Source of the DNA: Cycas panzhihuaensis
Lineage: Eukaryota; Plantae; Cycadophyta
Assembly: GCA_023213395.1 (NCBI GenBank)
Contig: CM041465.1
Span: 205,041,741-205,105,740 of the forward strand
Reading direction: 5' to 3'
Length of the DNA stretch: 64,000 nt
The notes below the pieces were generated by a model that saw only the letters and a program-made list of their open reading frames with translations, was not told where the DNA came from and did no database searches. Both the position numbers and the translations under genes were made by a program. Shown in pieces: positions 55,401 to 64,000 of the stretch (positions are counted from its first letter, which is position 1; each line of letters starts with the position of its first letter).

Positions 55401-57225
55401 ATGGTTGTCTTCTTCTTTAGAAAGTTTCATAGTTATGAGTTCTAACATTACCCTTTATAATTTTTTATTGAAGTCAATTTGGATTTATAACATATCTCCT
55501 TAAAGTTATGTGATAACATCATTAAGATCTTGAGTCAATTTAGGGTTTACCTTAAGGGTCATTTATTTGCCAAACCTAAGTTGAATCCTAGTTGGTAAAT
55601 ATGAATGAAAGGACTTTGATGGGGTGTCTATAAACTATTATCCCTAATATTTTACAATGAGGCAATATGATTTCTATTTTTCTTTTTTTAATTTAAAAAT
55701 ATATATATGTATATATTTATAATTAGATTTGAAACTCTATTTTAAGTTCAAAAGTAAAAGGGGGTTAGGGCAATTTGGCTACAAAATGAGGAGTATATGA
55801 GATTATAAATTTTTGGGCCTCCTAGTTAGGTTCCAACCCTTATAAAGTAAAATTCTTCTACTTTCATAAAATATTGGTAATGTAGCCAAAGAGGATTTTT
55901 AGTCCCAAATTATGAGAAGATTCTATTCCTAAAATTTAGAGGAAAATCAACTTATCAGTGATGAGTTATAATTTAGAGAAGAAAAAATAGAATTTGGAAA
56001 ATTTTAAGAATTCAATATAAAATTTGAGTAGGAGTCATCGAGGGAGCTTTCGTGTGGAATGATGTTCTGGATGGTCCTCCAAAGTTTAAAATGAAGTTGA
56101 GCTCTTGGTAGTGAGATATCTCATTTTTAGTAAAAATTTTTAGATTTTTTTTAAGTCACTTATAATCAACTAACTAACTAACTGACTACTTGTACATGAA
56201 TTGATGATAAACTAGCTAAACATACTAGGCTTTATAGACTGATGATGATTGGTGCATAGACTAACTAGATGCATATAGATCACTTATAGACTAACCAAGT
56301 ATACTAGGTCTAGGATTGTCTACTTTGTAGGCCCTCTAATATACTGATCCTAGCCATAAATAATATTAACTTATATAGGCTAATACTTTACTCTACAATT
56401 GTAGTACCTTGTCTTTAGAATACATGGAGAGTAACTTCTTTGGGCTAATTATTTACCAATATACTATAAATTATAGATGGCCAATAGGTTTCCTATGATT
56501 ATCTATACTAAGAAAGCCTACCTAGGGGTCCTCTTATATACCCATAGATATGCAGAGGTGTAAACATAGTTTTGTCTAAAGTTTAGTTTAGGAATATGAT
56601 CTTTAGTCCTTCATGGAGAGGGCTAAAAAACCATGATGCACTTATCCCAAAATAATAGTTCCTTATGATATTTATAGACCCTCATCATATGGTCTCTATC
56701 TAAATATAAAGGAAAATTGCCCAGTGAAAGTGTCAGAGTAGTTACCTAATTATAATGTTGTTTAGCCCCAAAAAGTAGAAGTAACTTGGTAAAGATTTAA
56801 AGTAAGAATAAATACTAATAGGAATAAAAATTAATAGAAAAAAATTAACTATTCAATACCTTCAACTCTCCTACAAGTTGTGGATTGACTACTCTAACAT
56901 TACTTGGTAGGATACCACTCCTTCAATGATAACAACACACTAACATATTGCACAGATAACACTAAAAGAGATAACTTGTATTCCAATACCCTTTAAGTGG
57001 GTAACCTCCTAATTATATATAATAGTAATGATATTTAAGATACTACACTTTAAGGATTATATGAATATATATAGGGCTCTATGGCCACTACACAACCTCC
57101 TACTAATATATGTGGTATATTAAGAAGAGAGAAGAAGTAGAAGAAATAGAAGATATAAGAGAGGATAAGAGAGAGAAGAAGTAGAAAATATAAGAGAAGA
57201 TAAGTTAGGGATTGGATACCTAATA
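50805..57225 (-). mobile_element. Element G: full-length decayed chromovirus Ty3/gypsy (Reina/IFG7-like)
   Basis: 321-bp LTRs 50805-51125 and 56905-57225. Near-TSD aaaaa/aaaag. PPT rc at ~51129-51138. Motifs: gag KFNG..LEQYF; PR VILIDSTSTHNFIN (~54440); RT VFFDDILIFS (~53400); IN GKDVILVVVDNLTKY; chromodomain EY*IKWK*LP..IT*E (~51200). Confidence 0.93.
52417..52457. repeat. (TG)n(TA)n microsatellite inside the pol region of G
   Basis: Directly visible in the sequence. Confidence 0.95.
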
Positions 57226-59439
57226 AAAAGGTAATGCCTTTTCATTAAATTAGAGATTTTTTTTTATAATGGAGTTATTGATTATTTTTCTTAACTAGTG
57301 AAATATTCTATTAATTAGAGCTATTCTTATCATTCATAATATTAGAGACAGTGTATTCATCATTTTTCTATTTAAGCATCTTGTGAAGCATTGATGTGTA
57401 TTCACCATTGGAACAATGTTTATATAAGATCTTAGACCATTTATTTACTTATCTCTGTTCTATCATATTTATCAAATATGAATGGTAATTATAATATGTT
57501 GTTGTATGATATGATCACTATATATGAAATTTTCTCTTTAGTATCACAAAGCTATATTTGTTATTAGAATTAGAATGATATGATTGGGTCAATATTGACT
57601 AGTTTTAACCTATTCATTAAGGAAATTATGTAACAACTTAGTTAAGAGTTTGATCTTATTAGTGGCGACATTTTCATGTATGATAGATTATAAACTTAAG
57701 ATTCCAATTTTGATGATTTTAGGTTGGCCTTTGAGGTTATTATTTAATGCATATATGGTCATACCACCCCCAAATGTAATACCATATAAGCCCTAATACT
57801 AGGATCACATTCCTTTAGGTTATTGGAACTACATACCTTTATCCCTTAAATGACTCAAACTTAACCTAGTTTTATTATTCAAATTTTAATTAGTAATATT
57901 AATACATTACAAAATAATATTAGTTGCCATGTGTCTTCCATTCAATGGATGATTTAGACTATTTATTTGAAGTTTTGTACAAGACAAAAATATTGATTGG
58001 TATTAAAGTAAAATTTTTTTGGTTAATAATTTTAATGTTATGATATAAGCCAGCATCTCCTAAATTCCTTTCTAGATAGTAAATTAGAATTTCTTACAAT
58101 ATTTGATTGAAAAATAGAGGGTATTATAAGTGATGATTATATTTGTGCCACTTAAGAAAACCTTCATATCTATTAATATTTTCTTCCCTTAACTAACTTT
58201 TAATTTATGTAACTAAAGCTTGTGGAATATATTACTTAAAAATATTGCTTATAAAACTCCAATTCATGGTTAAGATTTTAAGTTAGATATGCATTTATTT
58301 TTTAATGGGTTGCTATAATGTGGTTTATTTGTACATAATTAGGATTATGAAGTCTATTTACTTATTTTTTGAGTAAAAGTAATCAATAATATATATTTAA
58401 TGCACTCATTTAGTGAATTTAGTATACATGTTATTCCATTAACCATAAGTTTCATGATTTCTATAATTATAATTATGTCATAGTTGGGAGTAATCTATCT
58501 ATGATTCACCCCCTCCAATACCATTTTTCTTATATTGTAAACTTTTTAAATAATGTTTCCTGGACATTAGTGTAACACACTAAAGAAAGATCACGTGCTA
58601 TTATTGTAACCCTAAGAAGGAATGTGTTGTTATTACAACCCTTTAAGGGACTTACAAGTGTAAAAGAGATAATGTTTAAAGGGGGTTGTCACTCGTGAAA
58701 GAGGTATTCATAAAACCTTAAAAATATGACTAACTCTTCATCTCATTAATTTTTTCTTTTAGTTCATTTCATATAACCTTTCATATGATCTTTATATGTG
58801 GTATTTAAGAAGACATGAAGAGGAGTGGAAGCAATTATGAAAATAAATTGTTTGATATTTACTTTGATATATGAGCATGTAAGCAAAGTTATATAAAGGT
58901 GAGCCTACAGGGAAAGGTATACTAAAGTGAGCCATAAGGGGAGAATGAACTTTAACATTGCTATGGCTATTAATAAGGGATTTCACCTAGAGGAAGCTAG
59001 CATGTTATGGATGCTTAAGAGCCACTTGGTTTGGCATTGGTAGGGAGCCTATAAAAGTCTTGAGTTGACATTAATAGTAATCTTAATTATGTCAAACTAT
59101 TATACTAGTATGGAGTCTAGATAAGTCTAATAATATAATTAGTAGGGAATTCAAATAAGGCTTGGCACAACACTAATATCCCATCTAAGTATATCCACAT
59201 TAAAAATATGATACTATAAGGGTGAGATAGTTAGTGGGTTTCACTAACTTTCGATTGTAATTTGGATATAAAATTGTGTGTGGTGGAAGAAATTTCCTTA
59301 GTGGTAGTATTCTTGAGTTCTCATTAGTGCGTGATTTCATTTTTATTTGTTATTAAGTACTCTTATCAAGTTCTCTTATCTTATTTTTTATCCTCTACTT
59401 CTTCACTACCAAAAGTATATACATATATAACATATTTGT

Positions 59440-62400
59440 AATGTGAGAATTTGGCATTTGGAACCTTATGGATTACTGTACAAATATGCCTTTTAGCTAA
59501 GTTATATTGATATAAAGCTCTATCCTATTGTTTAAAACTCTTTATGGCCATATTATATTATATGTAATGGTATATTTAATGATGTGTTAATTACATCTAT
59601 GAATTTGTCTAGTTAACATTATGCATAATGAACTCATGATTTTGTACAATGTTACTTGGTGAAATTGATTTAAGTGATTTTGTAAAGTGGGTTGGAATCA
59701 TCTTGTGTCAACTGAGTCAAAGTTAAGTCATATTATAATTTGACTATATTAAATAAGTACAAATTAGTTAGTTAGATAAGTAGAAATAAGTTGACTTAAA
59801 TAGAGTTTAGATAGTCATTTTAATATGGTATTATAAGCCAATATGATAAGATATTCTACTACAATACCATATTAGTGATATCAACATTATATCATAACAA
59901 AATTGCTAAAAGTTATGGACTTGGTAGTGTAATGGTTGATGAAATTTATACCAATGAATGTTTATGTTATTATGGCATTAATTATATTTATGCTTATGTT
60001 AATATAAATCCATATGTTGTGCCTCATTATTGGTTGTATGTGTCTTTCTATGAATGCAATAGAAATTGCTAAGTGAGAAATGATGGTCAATTATAAATAA
60101 AGGCTTAGAAAACAAATGTACAATTGAGAAAATAATCCCTAAATAACTATTTAATTCCATTGTATTCTTAAGTCTTAGCCTTGAAGAATGACTAAGTGAA
60201 TAAAGAAATCACAATAGAAGAGCTACATAATTGGCAAGAACATTGACTAGTGAATTGTATTAAATTTCTAGCTAAGAAGACAAATTAATGTCCTTTGAAG
60301 ATTCAATTAGAAGTTCAAGATGATCTGCATACATGATTTTTTAAACATTTATCTATAATGATTAGTTAATAGATCACAAAATAATCACAAGAAGAAAACT
60401 GAATTTTGGCAAAAGTTAACATAAGAATTTTCTAAGGTTTAGTCATGAATGTGCATAAAGATATGGTGATAGCATGAAAAGGCTTTGGCTATATCTTTTC
60501 AATTGGCTAAATTGGATTTTGGATGAATTTGTTAAAGATTAGGCTATCTAATTTAGCCTTTTAATTGAAGAATTCAATAAGAGAGTTCTATTTGACAATC
60601 CATGACAATGTTCTAGTGAATATTCCATCTTTTATTAAAATGCCCTTATAAGATAATAAGATGGTTCATATGGTGATATGAAGGTAAGGGAGTTTGATGC
60701 AACAGAAATAAGTGGGTGCTAGTTAATGAGTAGGTTAAGATAAAGAGAATATATTGAGTTCACGAGTATGTCAATATAAATCCATGACTTTGAGACTAGA
60801 ATGGAAAAATTAAGAAAAGTTTAATATAGGAAGATAACTACTTTCACAAGAGGAATTAATAAAGAAGACATGAGGAGGAAGTATAGGAGAGTTGAGAATA
60901 GGTGAAGGAAGAAACATATGGACTAGATCAAGAGCAAGTGATAAAAAAGTAGATGGACCATTAGAGGAACCTAATCTTGACATAGAAAGAATTAAAGCCC
61001 CACCCCATGTTGATCACCTATAGACTAGACCCATTGTTGAATGGTAAAGAAAAGAATTCAATCATAAATATGTTAATTAGTAGAAATAATAATTTTATAG
61101 TAATAACTAGTTCTTGTACTTCACATTGCCCCCCAACTTTGATCACCCTTAGGCTAGGCTTAGTATTAAATGGTAAAGAAAAGAATTCAATCATAAATAT
61201 TTTAATTAGTAGAAATAATAATTTTGTGGTGATAACTAGTTCTTATAATTCAAATTCCCATTATGGCACTCACCCCCCTCTAAGGTAAAATTTTGATGTA
61301 ATTACTAATAGCTTATAAGATATGTTTTCATGTGAGTTTACTTGGAAATGTGGTAAAGAAATTAGCAACTAAGATAAGAGAGATGAGTTATGACCACACT
61401 TAGAGGTTGAACTTTAGAATGGTATTGAGTTGCACATAATACAAGTGGATGGATGGACTAGGATATATTGTGGACCTTTTAAACGACCTAAATTTCAATG
61501 ATAAGCATTTGAAAAAAATGTTATTCCATATAAATAAAGATGGGACATAATTAAAGAATTTGATTTTAGATTTCAAGAATTGTTTAAGCAATACACTTAT
61601 TCCATTAAAGAATGACATTAGATAGGTTAGTTTATAAAAGGTATTCCTATAAATATTAGATTAATTATTCAATAGAGTAAGCTAATAACATATGACAAGG
61701 CCATTAAAATTCCATTTCAATTAGAAAAGAGCATTAAAGAAAATTGGCAAGAATATTTTAATCAAGTAACAAAAATATTTATTAAAGTATCTAGATTGAT
61801 ACATGCACAAACATACATATGCTTACATACAAGTAAAATTAAGTTAATATGCAACTAGATGCATAATGTGATATACATAAACCTAAGTGAATATCCATTA
61901 GATATGATAGATCATCTTATTAAGTCATTTAGGTGATAGGTATAATCTTCTATGACTACATAGAAAAGCTTTGTCGAGCTATAGAAGATTGAGGTTATTA
62001 TCACATGCATAAAATCTTCAGTCATTTAACACTTTAGTGTACACATAACAGATGAGTTCAAGGTTAACATTTTGTGAGACATTTCCATATTTATGATAAA
62101 AAAACACATAATTTTAAGAGAAATTGATCCACTCCTTAGAATACTTCTTGTAACAATATAAATGGTAAGGGATCAAATCAATCCAATGTTGCAAATGTTA
62201 TAAATAGGGAGATATAATAAAGGTTTGTCCTATAAACATACAATGAGCTATCATTTATACATTATGCAGCCCAGTGATCATAAAACAATTAAGTACTTGA
62301 TGATACTTAAAGAATAAATCTTATTCATATAAAAATTATTGCAAATGCAAAGGAATGATTAGTTTTATGATGAATTGGAGAACAAGAAAAGACTAGTGTC

Positions 62401-62900
62401 AAGGTTGAGATAATCTAAGTAAAGATTACATTAGCACTTAGTGGTTAATTAGTCAAGAAATTTACTAATGCATGTTTAGATCTATATTAATAGAAAAGGA
62501 AAGTTTTAGAAAAAAAATATAAGATATATTAGAAATATTTTACCAATGAGAAGAATAGTTAACCAGTGGTTTAGTGAAATCCCTCTGAGTGAGTGCAACA
62601 TGCAATTGAAATGGCATAGAATTTGATTGGTACATTGGGTGTTGCTAAGATCACATTGTAATTAGTACAAATGATTAGTAATACCATTTTTCAAGTAGTC
62701 TAATTGGTAAATGACAAAGTCAACATAACTAGACAAGGAAAATAGTTTATCACATGTAATAAAGTTAACCATTGAAATAGATAGATATTGAACCTATAGG
62801 TGGTGCTTAAATGTGGGAGAAAAATAGTTTCCAATGCAATTATTAATTTTGGCTCTCAAATAAACATTTTTATATAGCAGAGAGTTGGAAGGTAATTTAT
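59440..62900 (+). mobile_element. Very decayed gypsy-like gag/protease remnant
   Basis: Protease-like NAIINFGSQINIF at ~62833-62871 (resembling AIIDxGSQxNI). The rest is weak and boundaries are approximate. Confidence 0.4.
60998..61259 (+). repeat. Tandem duplication, 2 x ~130 bp
   Basis: AATGGTAAAGAAAAGAATTCAATCATAAATAT.TTAATTAGTAGAAATAATAATTTT occurs twice. Confidence 0.92.
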
Positions 62901-62933
62901 TGACTAAGGTTGGATAAGTTGATAATAATAATT

Positions 62934-64000
62934 AGGAGAGGCTTTGTCGGGAGGGGTCCCAGGTTTGGAGAGCCATCAGTTCTTCGAGGTCCCTTCTCCG
63001 TGAGGGCATGCGCTGGAAGTTGGGGAACGACGAAAGCATAAGGTTTTGGGAAGATAGGTGGCGTGGACCCTTAAAGCTTGAGGAAATGCCTAATATTGGA
63101 ACCTTGAGAAGAGAATGTGTAAACCGCTATGGCACTTTGGTCAAGAATTATTGGGCTAGACAAGGAAAGGATAAGAGGTGGAGAACCTTTGAAGAAGTGC
63201 TTGGTCTTGAGGAGGAGATCCTCAGGGTGAAAGAGATTTTAGATAAACAGTATATCCCGAAGAGGACGGGCCCAGATTCTCTGATATGGCCCCCATCGTC
63301 TGCGGGTTCATATACGGTCAAAATGGGTTATGATTTGAGGACGAGCAGAGAGGGTTGGGACAGAAACGATAGGCTGGCTGGGGCTTGGAAGTTAGGGGTT
63401 CTCCCAAAAATTACTGTTTTCTGGTGGTTATGCCTTCAAAACAAACTACTTACACTGGATAACCTCTCGAAGAGGGGCATTCAGTTGGTGAGTAGATGTG
63501 TGATGTGTAAGATGGATGCTGAAACCTTGGATCATCTATGCATCCATTGTCCTTATTCGGAGGGCATCTGGAATGTTATATGGGCGGGGATGGGGATAGC
63601 CTGGGTTTCCTTGTACTCCCTAGGTGAGCAATGGGATGCATGGTCATCGCCTTTCAAGAGCAAAACCCTCTCCAGGCTTTGGAAGATGATCCTCCTGGTA
63701 GGCTCCTGGCTTATCTGGAAAGAACATAACAGGAGGATATTCGAAGATAAAGAGAAGGATAGTCAGATGCTGGTGATAGAGATCAGAAAGGCCATCTCAG
63801 AAATGATGGTTAGACCTAAGGAGGATAGGATTCCCAGGAGGGAAGAGGATATTATTAAAGATTGGGGTATACTGCCCCGGGAGGGCGTCAAAGCAAAGAG
63901 TAGAGATGTCAAGTGGCATCCTCCGGATGGATCTTGGGTTAAAGTCAATTTTGACGGTGCTGCTAAAGGCAATCCCGGGGAGGCGGGAGGAGGGGGCCTC
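62934..64000 (+). mobile_element. Young 5'-truncated L1 LINE (ORF2 3' part: zf-RVT and start of RNase H), running off the window
   Basis: Uninterrupted frame 62939-64000: WKLGNDESIRFWEDRW, PKITVFWW..LLTLDNL..RCVMCKMDAETLDHLCIHC, IWKEHNRRIF, WVKVNFDGAAKGNPG. GC-rich with CpG retained. Confidence 0.95.

Noticed and set aside
63763-63972. Minus-strand 69-aa ORF
   Set aside because: Shadow of LINE ORF2 on the + strand.

Overview
AT-rich, CpG-depleted eukaryotic intergenic DNA from a plant, probably a gymnosperm (inferred from element types and decay pattern). There is no intact host gene. The window is a stack of nested, mostly decayed retrotransposons: (1) an Ogre/Tat-like Ty3/gypsy remnant (1-~8040, -) interrupted by non-autonomous LTR element A (1926-6263); (2) a triple nest A2 (12286-22238) > B (13758-19987) > Ty1/copia fragment C, which has an internal inversion; (3) LARD-like element D (23164-32381), whose 5' LTR is split by a full-length L1 LINE (23495-29677, 19-bp TSD); (4) copia element E (36469-~50271) containing element F (38922-45697) and a solo LTR (49498-50142); (5) a chromodomain-bearing gypsy G (50805-57225, -); (6) a young, open-frame, 5'-truncated L1 running off the right end. 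Two observations stand out. First, F carries antisense fragments of at least three unrelated host genes: DPH5, an MA3-domain MRF/PDCD4-like gene, and an 'MDFHSL..LQALCK' family gene. Second, LTR ends have been extended through duplicated primer-binding sites: F has three tandem tRNAi-Met PBSs with one fixed inside both LTRs, A2 independently has a PBS inside both LTRs, and A has tandem copies of its LTR end. All calls were made by eye, with no alignments or database searches.
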